Positions 20,401-31,003 of a DNA stretch of 64,000 bases are shown here, piece after piece. The notes beneath the pieces are model-generated. The model worked only from the letters and a program-made list of their open reading frames with translations. It did no database searches and had not been told where the DNA came from. Every line of letters begins with the position of its first letter. The stretch's first letter is position 1. Where the stretch lies: the NCBI GenBank assembly GCA_964346985.1, contig CAYFWW010000009.1, positions 45,083 through 109,082 of the forward strand. Direction: 5' to 3'. The translations under genes were made by a program, and so were the position numbers. This DNA comes from an uncultured Actinomycetota bacterium. Lineage in GTDB: Bacteria; Actinomycetota; Aquicultoria; CAYFWW01.

Positions 20401-21123
20401 TTGAAGCAACCAAGTTTAAGTATAAGCTTAGCAATAGTAAGCGCTTTTTTAGGTTTACTTCTATCAACTACTTTTTTTACTAATTTAGAGTTGATTAAAG
20501 AGAATAAGAGCAGCCGAAAATCGGAATTGATTGAAGTAATTAATGAGTTAGAGAAAGAAAAAAACAATTTAGCTGATCAACTTAATGAATTAAGGAATGA
20601 AACGACTGATCTTCAAAAAACAGCTGCTGCGAATGAGGGCATATTAACTTCATTTTCAAAAGAAGTCAAAGATTTGGAATTTGTGGCTGGCCTGACTCCA
20701 GTGAAGGGTAAAGGGATAGAAATAGTAATGGCTGATAATCCAAATATTCCGATTGGTGGAGACCCAAACTCATTCATTATTCATGACTACGACCTAAAAA
20801 TAATTGTCAACGCACTTTGGTCTGGAGGAGCAGAAGCAATTGCTATCAATAATCAGCGTCTAGTTAATAATAGTTCGATAAGATGTGTCGGTAATACTAT
20901 TATGGTCAATTCTAACCGTTTATTTGAACCATATCACATTAAAGCAATAGGAAATATTGAACACATGATAGATGCATTAGAAAAAGACGAGCAATCAAAT
21001 CAATTATTAAATGAATTTTCCAGGCTTTTCAACCTAAAAATTCATATTGATAAAAGACAAGAACTAAGATTAAATGAGTATGAAGGAAGCATTCAGTTAC
21101 AATATGCAGGAGTTGAAGACTAA
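20401..21123 (+). CDS. DUF881 family protein
   Basis: TM + coiled coil + AGLTPVKGKGI, IHDYDL..IVNALWSGGAEAIAINNQR. Confidence 0.88.
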   Translation: MKQPSLSISLAIVSAFLGLLLSTTFFTNLELIKENKSSRKSELIEVINELEKEKNNLADQLNELRNETTDLQKTAAANEGILTSFSKEVKDLEFVAGLTPVKGKGIEIVMADNPNIPIGGDPNSFIIHDYDLKIIVNALWSGGAEAIAINNQRLVNNSSIRCVGNTIMVNSNRLFEPYHIKAIGNIEHMIDALEKDEQSNQLLNEFSRLFNLKIHIDKRQELRLNEYEGSIQLQYAGVED

Positions 21124-21473
21124 TCTATTACTTAATAATTTTAATTGGTTTTTTAATTGGTATAATTTTAGGTTCAGTCTTTAGAATACCAATTCCCCAG
21201 GCTTATATTAGATATTTAGGCATTGCTGTTTTAGCTGCTCTAGATTCTACTTTTGGTGGTTTACGGGCGAGCCTTGAAAAAACATTTAACGACAAGATAT
21301 TTATCAGCGGTTTCTTTTCAAATATACTAATGGCTGCATTTATAGTTTATATTGGTGATCGTATTGGAGTTAGCGAATTATATCTGGCTGCTGTAGTTGC
21401 ATTTGGTGTTAGATTGTTCAATAATTTGGCAATCATTAGAAGAATATTTTTTCAAAAACAGAGATGGGAGTAG
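21123..21473 (+). CDS. sbp: Small basic protein (Sbp/DUF1290), missing from ORF track; apparent ATC start
   Basis: Frame reads YYLIILIGFLIGIILG...YLGIAVLAALDSTFGGLRASLEKTFNDKIFISGFFSN...GDRIGVSELYLAAVVAFGVRLFNNLAIIRR; lies between two DUF881 genes; in-frame stop at 21114 and no ATG/GTG/TTG near the 5' end. Confidence 0.88.
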   Translation: MYYLIILIGFLIGIILGSVFRIPIPQAYIRYLGIAVLAALDSTFGGLRASLEKTFNDKIFISGFFSNILMAAFIVYIGDRIGVSELYLAAVVAFGVRLFNNLAIIRRIFFQKQRWE

Positions 21474-21479
21474 TCTTTT

Positions 21480-22187
21480 TTGAAAGGTTATTTCCATTTT
21501 CAAGAACGCAGAACACAATATATTCTTTTTATTATCTTTGTAATACTGGGATTATTATTGGCAACTCAGATAAAAGTTCAACCATCAAGTAAGCAAAAGC
21601 TTGAAGCTGAAACCAGTGAGGATTTAGGAGAAATAATTAATAATCTAAATACAGAAAGTAATAAAATGCGAAATGAGATAGCGGATTTAAGAATTACTCT
21701 TTCAGAAAGCAAGTTAGCAACATATAATCAGAACGAAATATTGAATGAAGCAGCCCGGAGCTTAAATAACTTAAAGATTTTTAACGGAATGCTGCCTGTA
21801 AAAGGTAAAGGAATCTATGTTGAAGTAATCGATAAAAATGAAATACTTACTAGCTACGATATTAATGAGCTTGTTCAGGAGCTTAAGAATGGTGGGGCGG
21901 AGATTATATCTGTTAATGAAAATAGAGTTGTAGCTCATACTTATTTTATAGATAGAGATGAAAGTATAATAATGGATGATAATGATATTAGGCCACCATA
22001 CAGGATTAAAGCTATTGGCAAACAAAATGTTTTGATATCGGCATTAAAACTCCCCGGAGGCATAATTGATGCTTTAAAATCTTTAAGCGGTGTAAAAATT
22101 GATATCCAGAAAGATAATTTAATTGAAATAGAACCTTCAAAAAATAAGATTAAGGTAAAGGAGTCGACGCCAATTTTTAAAGAATAA
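21480..22187 (+). CDS. DUF881 family protein
   Basis: TM + coiled coil + GMLPVKGKGI, ELKNGGAEIISVN, PPYRIKAIG, LPGG. Confidence 0.88.
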   Translation: MKGYFHFQERRTQYILFIIFVILGLLLATQIKVQPSSKQKLEAETSEDLGEIINNLNTESNKMRNEIADLRITLSESKLATYNQNEILNEAARSLNNLKIFNGMLPVKGKGIYVEVIDKNEILTSYDINELVQELKNGGAEIISVNENRVVAHTYFIDRDESIIMDDNDIRPPYRIKAIGKQNVLISALKLPGGIIDALKSLSGVKIDIQKDNLIEIEPSKNKIKVKESTPIFKE

Positions 22188-22207
22188 GTAAGCAAAATAA
22201 TGAGCTT

Positions 22208-24073
22208 ATGGATAATATTAAAGAATATTTTTATAAAATAATAAAAAGAATAAATATTTCCCCCAAATATAAGAAGATTTTAATAATAGGGAGTATCTCT
22301 TTTCTGCTCTTATTTGGATTGATAGTTGGGGCAGATGCTGTTCTTAATAGAGGTAAAATTCACTATGGTGTTGTTGTATCAGGCATTGAACTCGGATTAA
22401 AAAGTAAAAGTGAAGCAAAAAGAATTGTAACAAAAAAATTGAAAGATATATATTCACAACAACTTGAACTCGAAGAACGTAAAGAAAAATGGTATTTGAA
22501 ACCCAAAGATATTGAATTGGAAGTTAATATTGATAAATCTATAGATAAAGCATATTCGATAAGCCGTGAAGGTACTTTATTGAACAGATTAAAAACAAAA
22601 ATTCTCTCTTATATAATTCCTCGTAATATAACTTTTGTCTATTCAATAGATAATGAAAAACTAAAAGATTTTGTTTATAATATTTGTTTGCAAATTGATA
22701 AAGAACCTATAGATGCAAAGGTTGAGATTAAAGGGAAAAAAGCTTGGGTTGTATCTGGTGAAGTCGGTAGGAAAGTTGAAAAAGCTGATCTATATGCTCT
22801 AATAAGGAAGTATATAATTTCAATTGAAGATGAGAAAATAAACATTCCTATCAGAATTCTTCCGACAAATGTTACAGAAGAAGATGCAAAATCAGCTTTA
22901 AAAGATGTTTTGGTAATGATAAGCGATAACGTAGGGTTGAAATATGATAAATATAGATGGGAAATTTCACCATCTGAGATTACAAAGTTGATAACATTTA
23001 AATTTATAAAAAAAGAGAATAAAAAAACAGGTAAAGTCAAAAAGAAATATAGAGCTATAATTGACCGCGATAAACTCGATAAATTCTTAAAGCAAAAAGT
23101 TGCTGAGATTTATATCCATGCCCGCGATGCTGAATTTAGAATACAGGGGACGAAAGCAGTAATTGTTCCCAGTCAAAATGGACGGGAGGTTGATTCAGCT
23201 GAAGCTTTTCCAAAGCTAAATAAAGCTGTTTTAAGTGAACCGCCAAGGGAGATTATTCTAACAACAAGGATAGTAGAACCAGAACTTAGCACTGAAGAAG
23301 CGGAAGCAATGGATATAGAAGAACTGGTTTCTTCTTATAAGACTAATTTTAATCCCAATAATAAACCTAGAGTTCACAACATTCATCTTCTGGCATCAAA
23401 ATTAAATAATGTCATTATTGCTCCCGGTGAAGTATTTTCCTTCAATCAGATTATTGGACCTAGGACTGCCGATAAAGGATTTGTCGAGGCCCCAGCTATA
23501 ATAAATGGTGATCTTTTACCTGCTATTGGTGGCGGCGTTTGCCAGGTGGCGACAACATTGTTTAATTCAGTATTTTTTGGTGGATATGATATAAAAGAAA
23601 GGCATAATCACAGCCTATATATAAGTAATTATCCTAATGGAAGAGATGCTGGAGTATCATACCCAAGCCCTGATTTAAAATTCAGAAATGACACTAGTGC
23701 ACATCTTTTAATAAAAACCTGGTATTCCAACAGTAGTATAACTGTGAGTATTTACAGTACGGATTTTAATACGGAAGTTACATATGAAACAACAGATTTT
23801 ACAAATATCAAATCTTATTCATCAAAGAAGATTGACGATCCTGAACTTGAAAAAGGGAAGGAAGAAGTTGAAACAAAAGGGGTTGAAGGAAAGGACATAA
23901 GTGTTTATCGGACAGTTAAACGAAACGGTAAAATAGTCCAAAAAGATGTTTTCTTTAGCCGTTATATTCCAAAGAATGAGATTATCAGAGTTGGTACAAA
24001 AGAACCTTCTAAAACGGAGACAACAGTTGGAGAGATTGGTAGCTTACCAGCTACGACTAGTGCAGCACCTTAG
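22208..24073 (+). CDS. VanW family protein with peptidoglycan-binding and G5 domains
   Basis: FSFNQIIGPR, GGGVCQVATTLFN, ERHNHS, GRDA; C-terminal G5-like IIRVGTK. Confidence 0.88.
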   Translation: MDNIKEYFYKIIKRINISPKYKKILIIGSISFLLLFGLIVGADAVLNRGKIHYGVVVSGIELGLKSKSEAKRIVTKKLKDIYSQQLELEERKEKWYLKPKDIELEVNIDKSIDKAYSISREGTLLNRLKTKILSYIIPRNITFVYSIDNEKLKDFVYNICLQIDKEPIDAKVEIKGKKAWVVSGEVGRKVEKADLYALIRKYIISIEDEKINIPIRILPTNVTEEDAKSALKDVLVMISDNVGLKYDKYRWEISPSEITKLITFKFIKKENKKTGKVKKKYRAIIDRDKLDKFLKQKVAEIYIHARDAEFRIQGTKAVIVPSQNGREVDSAEAFPKLNKAVLSEPPREIILTTRIVEPELSTEEAEAMDIEELVSSYKTNFNPNNKPRVHNIHLLASKLNNVIIAPGEVFSFNQIIGPRTADKGFVEAPAIINGDLLPAIGGGVCQVATTLFNSVFFGGYDIKERHNHSLYISNYPNGRDAGVSYPSPDLKFRNDTSAHLLIKTWYSNSSITVSIYSTDFNTEVTYETTDFTNIKSYSSKKIDDPELEKGKEEVETKGVEGKDISVYRTVKRNGKIVQKDVFFSRYIPKNEIIRVGTKEPSKTETTVGEIGSLPATTSAAP

Positions 24074-24212
24074 GTTCTATGATTAATGTTATTTTTTAAA
24101 TTTTCTATAGATTCATATTAATCTAGAGTTGTTTGAATAAATATATCTCTGTAGTTTATGATATAAGTCTGGTATTGTTTGAATCATCTTATTCAAATAT
24201 AAGGAGGTAAAT

Positions 24213-25514
24213 ATGATTTGGGATAAAGAGCATGAGACTATGGATCGAACTAAATTGGAAGAACTTCAACTCGAAAGATTAAAAAGCGTGTTAAAAAGGG
24301 TTTATGATAATGTCCCACACTATAAAAAGAAATTAGATGCATCAAATGTTTCTCCGGAAAGCATCAATAGTCTTGATGATCTAAAAAGAATACCACTGAC
24401 TTCAAAAGAAGATTTTCGTAAAAATTATCCTTACGGATTATTTGCTGTTCCTCTTAAAGACATCGTTCGTATTCATGCATCATCAGGAACAACAGGGCGT
24501 TCTACCGTAGTGGGTTATACAAAAAATGATGTGGCAACTTGGGCCGAAACTATGGCTAGAACATTAGCTTGTGCTGGTACAACTGCTGATGATTTTGTTC
24601 ATGTTTCCTATGGTTATGGACTATTTACAGGTGGACTAGGAGTTCATTATGGTGCCGAGCTTATTGGTGCTTCAGTTATACCTATTTCAGGTGGAAATAC
24701 AAAAAGGCAGATAGTAGTTATGAAAGACTTTGGAAGTACGATTTTAGCTTGTACTCCATCCTATGCTCTTTATATGGCTGAAGCTTCTGAAGAGATGGGA
24801 ATTGATTTTAAGTCGTTGAAATTAAAAGCAGGAGTATTTGGAGCAGAGCCATGGTCTGAACATATGAGGCAGGAAATTGAAGCCAAATTAAACTTAATGG
24901 CACTTGATATATACGGACTGAGTGAAATTATCGGGCCTGGTGTCGCTTCCGAATGTGAACAAAAGAACGGCTTACATATTAATGAGGATCATTTTTTGGT
25001 CGAAATTATAAACCCTGAAACAGGTGAAAAATTAGAACCCGGTGAAAGCGGTGAGCTTGTTTTCACTACTTTGACCAAAGAGGGAATTCCTGTTTTAAGA
25101 TATAGGACAAGAGATATTTCTTCATTAAATATTAATCCATGTAAATGCGGAAGAAATTTTGCCAGAATGGAAAGAGTTAAGGGAAGATCAGACGATATGT
25201 TAATAATAAGAGGTGTAAATGTTTTTCCTTCACAAATCGAAAATGTTTTGATGGAGATTGAAGGCACCGAACCACATTATCATATAATTGTTGACAGGAT
25301 TGGTAATTTGGATCAAATGAGTATCCAGATTGAGGTTTCATCAGAGATTTTTTCGGACGAAGTAAAAGTATTAGAGAAGATGAAAAAAAGAATTAAGGAT
25401 GAAATACAAAGTAATTTGGGAATAAGCGTGAATGTGATTTTAGTCGAACCAAAAACTATTGAAAGAAGTATGGGCAAGGCTAAAAGAGTGACTGATAAAA
25501 GAATGATCAATTAG
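24213..25514 (+). CDS. paaK: Phenylacetate--CoA ligase family protein
   Basis: [46 protein letters not shown]. Confidence 0.92.
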   Translation: MIWDKEHETMDRTKLEELQLERLKSVLKRVYDNVPHYKKKLDASNVSPESINSLDDLKRIPLTSKEDFRKNYPYGLFAVPLKDIVRIHASSGTTGRSTVVGYTKNDVATWAETMARTLACAGTTADDFVHVSYGYGLFTGGLGVHYGAELIGASVIPISGGNTKRQIVVMKDFGSTILACTPSYALYMAEASEEMGIDFKSLKLKAGVFGAEPWSEHMRQEIEAKLNLMALDIYGLSEIIGPGVASECEQKNGLHINEDHFLVEIINPETGEKLEPGESGELVFTTLTKEGIPVLRYRTRDISSLNINPCKCGRNFARMERVKGRSDDMLIIRGVNVFPSQIENVLMEIEGTEPHYHIIVDRIGNLDQMSIQIEVSSEIFSDEVKVLEKMKKRIKDEIQSNLGISVNVILVEPKTIERSMGKAKRVTDKRMIN

Positions 25515-25528
25515 TCTAAGGAGGGTTA

Positions 25529-25960
25529 ATGAAAGTTAAGCAAATTTCGGTTTTTCTTGAAAATAAATGGGGAAGATTGTCAGACATTACAAGTTTATTG
25601 GGTAATAATAATATTAATATTAGGGCACTGTGCATAGCAGATACATCGGATTTTGGTATACTCAGAATGATAGTTGATAATCCAAAAAAAGCTTACGATA
25701 TTCTTAGTGATAATAAGTATACTGTAGCTCAAACTGATGTCCTGGCTGTTGAAATATCGGATAAACCCGGTGGTTTAGCTGAAGTTTTAAGATTATTAAA
25801 AGACAAGAACTTGAATATAGAGTATATTTATTGTTTTGTTTCCAAAAGTCAAGAAGTAGCTATAAATGTTATGAGAATCGAACAGATAGATATTGCGATA
25901 GAAATTTTTAAGAATCAAGGTATAAAGTTAATATCAGGAGAAGATTTATATAATATCTGA
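25529..25960 (+). CDS. ACT-domain amino-acid-binding protein
   Basis: QISVFLENK.GRL, ADTSDFGILR, DKPGGL, NIEYIY. Confidence 0.9.
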   Translation: MKVKQISVFLENKWGRLSDITSLLGNNNINIRALCIADTSDFGILRMIVDNPKKAYDILSDNKYTVAQTDVLAVEISDKPGGLAEVLRLLKDKNLNIEYIYCFVSKSQEVAINVMRIEQIDIAIEIFKNQGIKLISGEDLYNI

Positions 25961-25967
25961 GAATGTT

Positions 25968-26381
25968 TTGAATGTGAATATTGATATAACTACCGGTGGC
26001 CATGATGATATTATTGATTTATCCAACCAGGTGAAAAAAATTGTTAATAATAAGGGTTTAAAGAACGGAATTATTCATTTATTTGTTCCGGGTGCAACAG
26101 CAGCTTTAACAACAATTGAGCTTGAAAAGGGTTTAATTGAAGACTTGAAGAATACTCTTCGAAATTTAATTCCTGAAAATGATAAACATAAACATAATTT
26201 AGCATGGGGAGACGGTAATGCTCATTCTCATCTTAGAGCTTCTTTAATTGGACCATCTTTAACGATTCCAGTTGTTGATAATAAGTTGATACTTGGAACC
26301 TGGCAGCAGATAGTCTTGGCTGATTTTGATAACAGAAGCAGAAACAGAAGCATTATTTGTCAACTCATCGGGGAATTTTAG
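25968..26381 (+). CDS. YjbQ/UPF0047 family protein
   Basis: DGNAHSHLRASL, LGTWQQI. Confidence 0.9.
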   Translation: MNVNIDITTGGHDDIIDLSNQVKKIVNNKGLKNGIIHLFVPGATAALTTIELEKGLIEDLKNTLRNLIPENDKHKHNLAWGDGNAHSHLRASLIGPSLTIPVVDNKLILGTWQQIVLADFDNRSRNRSIICQLIGEF

Positions 26382-26537
26382 CTAAATATTTTTTTATTTT
26401 TGGCTAGTACAATTAAATATTGCTGGTTTAATACTGAGTAATTTTAAAAATTTGCAATAAATTGATAATAATTAACCGGGAATAAGAAATGTATTCAATT
26501 GTTAATGATATAATTAATGTAAAAGATTGGATATCAT

Positions 26538-26735
26538 TTGTTGGTTTCATATTTAGAAGGGGACATATGTCAATTAAATAAAAAGCTATGCTCAAAACCA
26601 AGAGTAATTAAGGGTGAAGCTATAAAGGCTAAAGACGGCACTCCTTGCCTTCAGAAATTAATCCCTGATTGCCTAAAATGTGAGATATATATTAGTAAGA
26701 TCATTGATGATCGGCTAAAAGACATAAAAGATTAA
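26538..26735 (+). CDS. Small Cys-rich hypothetical protein
   Basis: 65 aa ORF with 5 Cys including CxxC; no recognised family. Confidence 0.5.
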   Translation: MLVSYLEGDICQLNKKLCSKPRVIKGEAIKAKDGTPCLQKLIPDCLKCEIYISKIIDDRLKDIKD

Positions 26736-26750
26736 TAAGATTAAATTTGC

Positions 26751-26963
26751 GTGGAATGGTTAAAAAACCTCGGTAAATATTCAGCTATACTTTTTAGTTT
26801 TGGTATAACAATTCTCAGTTTTATTTTGATCGGATTTTTAATGGATAAATTTTTCAAATCTGAGCCTTTATTTTTGATAATATTTTTAGTTATTGGCATT
26901 CTTACAGCTCTTTATCAATTAATTAAATATACCTCAAAATTTCAAAATAATAAGAAAGTGTAA
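26751..26963 (+). CDS. AtpZ/AtpI-like small membrane protein
   Basis: Two TMs with IGFLMDKFF...P.FLI.FL..G pattern. Confidence 0.65.
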   Translation: MEWLKNLGKYSAILFSFGITILSFILIGFLMDKFFKSEPLFLIIFLVIGILTALYQLIKYTSKFQNNKKV

Positions 26964-27114
26964 ACCGAGTATATTTTATAATTTATCTAATAAATCGATG
27001 AATTCTAGCAAGTTATTTTGAATTAAAATTCTTTTATTATAAGAAACTAGCATATACACAAAAAAATATTAATGCTAAACTTAATTTATCAATAGTTGCC
27101 TTAAGGAGTAAGAC

Positions 27115-27639
27115 ATGAAGAGTGGTAAAAAAGCTTTATTGATTATTGATATGGTAAATGATTTTGTTCTAGATGAAGGAAATCTGCAAGTCCCGGATGC
27201 CAAAAATATTGTGTTAAATATTAAAGATTATATTGAAGAATTCCATAAAAATAATTACCCAGTTATTTACATAAATGACTCACATGACCCAAAAGATTCA
27301 GAGTTTAATCGATGGCCACCTCACTCTATTAAGGGAACAAAGGGTTCTCAAGTATTTGATGAAATAAAACCACAAGAACAAGATTATGTAATTAATAAAC
27401 GGCGATATTCTGGATTTTACGGAACTAGTCTTGATCTTCTTCTAAATGAATTAGATGTTGAAGAATTAGTAATTACGGGAACTGTCACCAATATATGCAT
27501 TTTGGCAACTGCATTAGATGCATATATGAGAGGGTTTAAAATATTGATTCCGGAAAATAGCGTAGCCGGCTTAGATGCAAATGACCATAGTCAGGCTTTA
27601 AAACAGATGGAGGACATTGCTGGAGCAGAGATTATTTAG
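27115..27639 (+). CDS. pncA: Nicotinamidase/isochorismatase family cysteine hydrolase
   Basis: IIDMVNDF, DSH, WPPH, KRRYSGF, TNIC; adjacent to pncB. Confidence 0.82.
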   Translation: MKSGKKALLIIDMVNDFVLDEGNLQVPDAKNIVLNIKDYIEEFHKNNYPVIYINDSHDPKDSEFNRWPPHSIKGTKGSQVFDEIKPQEQDYVINKRRYSGFYGTSLDLLLNELDVEELVITGTVTNICILATALDAYMRGFKILIPENSVAGLDANDHSQALKQMEDIAGAEII

Positions 27640-27647
27640 GAATTAAA

Positions 27648-28820
27648 ATGAAAAAAATATTTCACACAGCAAGCGATAAAGCAATTAAAGATGGTAATGT
27701 ATCTGATATTTATTTTTCAAGAGGCATTGAAATACTTAAAAAACTAAAGGCGGATAAGGAAGTAGTTGCTGAAATAAGAGCAAGTTCTCTACCAAATGAA
27801 TATGACTGGGCAATTTTTGCTGGGCTAGAAGAGGTTATTAAGCTTTTTGAGGGAATAGATATTGAAATCGAAGCGATACCAGAGGGTACTTTTTTTTATC
27901 CTGAAGATCCAGTCATGACTATTAGTGGAAAATATTTAAATTTCGCGGTCTATGAAACTGCATTATTGGGCTTGATCTGTCAAGCTTCGGGAATTTCAAC
28001 AAAAGCTGCTCGTTGTAGGTATGCAGCAAAAGGAAGAAAAGTCTTCAGTTTTGGTGCGCGGAGAATGCACCCATCTATCGCTCCGATGATTGAAAGAAAT
28101 GCTTTTATAGGTGGGTGTGACGGAGTTGCAGCTATTGAAAGTGGAAGGTTAATTAATGAAGAACCCATAGGCACAATGTCTCATTCACTAATTTTAATAA
28201 TAGGGGATGAAGTCGATTCTTATAAAGCTTTTGATGAAATTATTCCTCCACAAATAGGCAGAGTAGCGTTAATAGATACATTTCAGGATGAGAAATTTGC
28301 AGCAATTAAAGCTGCCAGAGCACTGGGAAAACATTTAACAGCAGTAAGGCTTGATACACCCAGTTCAAGGCGTGGAGATTTTAAGAAGATCTTGCAAGAG
28401 GTTCGATGGGAATTGGATTACCGCGGTTTTGAACATGTAAAGATTTTTGTTTCTGGTGGTTTGGATGAAAATCAGATAAAAGAATTAAATCAATATGCTG
28501 ATTCTTATGGAATTGGAACTGCCATAAGCAATGCTCCGGTAATAGATTTTTCAATGGATATTGTTGAAGTAGATGGAGAACTAATTGCAAAGAGGGGTAA
28601 AATGTCTGGCCGAAAGAATTTGATGAGATGCAAACAATGTTTTAAATCAGTAATTTTACCTGATAAAACTGAAAAGAAAAAATGTTTGTGTGGAGGAAAT
28701 CTGATAAAATCCACGGATATTGTCTTCAAAAATGGTCAAGCTGCTGCGCCTCTTCCTTCGGCTCAAGACATAAGAAAACATCTGATGAGCCAATTGGCGC
28801 ATCTTTCGATGACACTCTAG
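27648..28820 (+). CDS. pncB: Nicotinate phosphoribosyltransferase
   Basis: SFGARRMHP, GTMSHS, LIDTF, VRLDTPSSRRG, VSGGLDE. Confidence 0.9.
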   Translation: MKKIFHTASDKAIKDGNVSDIYFSRGIEILKKLKADKEVVAEIRASSLPNEYDWAIFAGLEEVIKLFEGIDIEIEAIPEGTFFYPEDPVMTISGKYLNFAVYETALLGLICQASGISTKAARCRYAAKGRKVFSFGARRMHPSIAPMIERNAFIGGCDGVAAIESGRLINEEPIGTMSHSLILIIGDEVDSYKAFDEIIPPQIGRVALIDTFQDEKFAAIKAARALGKHLTAVRLDTPSSRRGDFKKILQEVRWELDYRGFEHVKIFVSGGLDENQIKELNQYADSYGIGTAISNAPVIDFSMDIVEVDGELIAKRGKMSGRKNLMRCKQCFKSVILPDKTEKKKCLCGGNLIKSTDIVFKNGQAAAPLPSAQDIRKHLMSQLAHLSMTL

Positions 28821-28863
28821 GCTTCAGATTAGCCATAGATAAATATTAAATATAATTTTATAT

Positions 28864-30036
28864 ATGAAAATTAAAAAATTTTTAGCCTATATACTATTTA
28901 TTTTAATTGCCGCGAATATTACACTAAATATAAGCATAATTAAGGCTGGAGCTAAAGGTGAACCTGATCTTGAGATAAAAGCAGAATCTTATATTTTGAT
29001 TGATTCGAATTCAGGACAGATCTTGTACCAGTATAATGCCCAATCAAAAAGGCCAATAGCTTCTACTACAAAAATAATGACCGCCCTGGTTGTTTTAGAA
29101 GAAAATGATTTTAAAGATAAAGTTAAAATAAGTAAAAAAGCGGAAATAACTGGAGAATCAGAAATATATTTAAAAGAAAATCAAGAAGTTTCAGTAAAAG
29201 ACTTACTATATAGCTTACTATTAGAATCTGCTAATGATGCTTCAATTGCTTTAGCTGAACATGTTGCGGGAAATGTAGATAACTTTGTTAAAAAGATGAA
29301 TAATAAGGCTAAAAACATAGGAGCTACGGATACGCACTTTGCCAATCCACATGGATTACCCGGCGAAGATCATTATTCAACAGCTTATGATCTTGCCGTG
29401 ATAAGCAGGTTTGCTCTAAAGAATCCTAAATTTGTTAAAATAGTCTCCACAGAATTTTATAACTTTAAAATTGATAATAGAAATATTAGCCTAGAAAATA
29501 GAAATAAATTAATTGGGATGGTTCCATATATTAATGGAATTAAAACAGGGCACACATTTAGCTCTGGTTACTGTCTTGTTGCCTCTGCTCAAAAAAATAA
29601 TTTAAACTTGATTTCGGTTGTTCTAAAGTCACCCATGGAAGAAGTTCTATTTCAGAACAGCAGAGAGATTCTTGATTATGGTTTTGAAAATTATAAAAAG
29701 ACTAAAGTTATAAATAAAGGTGAAGCGTATCAAAAATTTAAAGTACCGGAATTTATTGACAAATACGGTTTTTTGGTTGCCAATAATGAATTTTTTCTGA
29801 CCACTACCGGGAAAGATGACAAGAATGTAAAGATAAAGATCAGGGAACCAAAAAAGATTAAACTCCCGATAAAAAAAGGACAGAAACTAGCTGTTGCTGA
29901 AATATATTATGGCCAAAAACTGGAAGGCCGGGTTGATTTGGTCACAGAAAAGGAATATCGAAAACCAAATCTAAAAGAAAGAATTTTTATTAAGTTAATT
30001 AAAATGATGAAATATATTAAAAAAATATTTAGCTAG
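28864..30036 (+). CDS. D-alanyl-D-alanine carboxypeptidase (peptidase S11)
   Basis: ASTTK (SxxK), SAN, KTG, NPHGL; signal peptide. Confidence 0.92.
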   Translation: MKIKKFLAYILFILIAANITLNISIIKAGAKGEPDLEIKAESYILIDSNSGQILYQYNAQSKRPIASTTKIMTALVVLEENDFKDKVKISKKAEITGESEIYLKENQEVSVKDLLYSLLLESANDASIALAEHVAGNVDNFVKKMNNKAKNIGATDTHFANPHGLPGEDHYSTAYDLAVISRFALKNPKFVKIVSTEFYNFKIDNRNISLENRNKLIGMVPYINGIKTGHTFSSGYCLVASAQKNNLNLISVVLKSPMEEVLFQNSREILDYGFENYKKTKVINKGEAYQKFKVPEFIDKYGFLVANNEFFLTTTGKDDKNVKIKIREPKKIKLPIKKGQKLAVAEIYYGQKLEGRVDLVTEKEYRKPNLKERIFIKLIKMMKYIKKIFS

Positions 30037-30098
30037 GTAACTTTTTGATTTTTTTATGGTTATATATAATAAACATATAAATAAACGAGGTGATTATT

Positions 30099-30392
30099 TT
30101 GGTTGATAAGAAAAGTGAAATAAAGGTTGAAGATTCAGTGCTAACCCAAATTGCTGACAAAAACGATCAGGAGTTAAGAGAAATCTTGGATAAGTTATAC
30201 AAGGAAGAAGAAAAACTTTCATACGATAGAAGAATATTGCACGGGAAGATAGATATAATTAGATCTGAGTTAAAAGACAGGCTTAAGCATAAACATAATC
30301 AAGGCAAAGAAATTATCACAGCAGATGACCTGAAGAAATTGACTGAGATTTTAGCAAAAGGTACCGGAAAGGACAATTCGTTATTAGAATAA
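30099..30392 (+). CDS. RsiG/AmfC-family anti-sigma factor, single c-di-GMP motif
   Basis: EEKLSYDRRILHGKID matches E-x3-S-x2-R-x3-(Q/H)-x3-D in a coiled coil. Confidence 0.75.
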   Translation: MVDKKSEIKVEDSVLTQIADKNDQELREILDKLYKEEEKLSYDRRILHGKIDIIRSELKDRLKHKHNQGKEIITADDLKKLTEILAKGTGKDNSLLE

Positions 30393-30413
30393 TTTTCAGA
30401 GGAGGAAATTATA

Positions 30414-30674
30414 TTGTCTGATAAAGATGTTACAAGAAATGTTCGATCTTCAGGGCAGGAGGGCATCAAAACACCTACCCAGAAGCATTATCATTCGATA
30501 TCGGAAAAAGATAATGTTTCAATTGGTGAAGACCAAACAGAAAAAAACGAGAAAGATAAACTTTTACAAAAATTTCGAAAAAGAGAAAAATCATGGAAAA
30601 AATCTTCATCTAAAGAAAAAGACGATGCTGAAATAGAAGAAGAAGAGAAAGACAAAAACGAAATAAAAGATTAA
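30414..30674 (+). CDS. Small charged hypothetical protein
   Basis: SD GAGGAGG upstream; low-complexity K/E-rich. Confidence 0.55.
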   Translation: MSDKDVTRNVRSSGQEGIKTPTQKHYHSISEKDNVSIGEDQTEKNEKDKLLQKFRKREKSWKKSSSKEKDDAEIEEEEKDKNEIKD

Positions 30675-30731
30675 TTTTTAAAGACTTTTAGACAAGCTTT
30701 TATTAAGTATAAATCAATGTTTGGAGGTTAA

Positions 30732-30998
30732 ATGCCAGAGAAAAAATTGAATGAAATATTAAAAAAATTCATTGAAGAATTAAGTTATGATGTTGTTGAA
30801 GAGAGAGTCTTAAATTATATAGTCAGAGAGCTTCATTCAGGCCGTAGCTTGAAAGCTATTATTCAAGATACATATATTAAGAATAGAATAAACCAAGAAC
30901 AGCTTGCCCATATACTTGAAAATCCCGAGATCATTGAAGCCGTTGAATCGGAAATATCTAAAGCATTTAAAACCAGAGACTTCAGATTTAAGGAATAA
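30732..30998 (+). CDS. Hypothetical protein
   Basis: SD GGAGG, 88 aa helical ORF in apparent operon with the FHA gene. Confidence 0.75.
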   Translation: MPEKKLNEILKKFIEELSYDVVEERVLNYIVRELHSGRSLKAIIQDTYIKNRINQEQLAHILENPEIIEAVESEISKAFKTRDFRFKE

Positions 30999-31003
30999 TT
31001 CAT

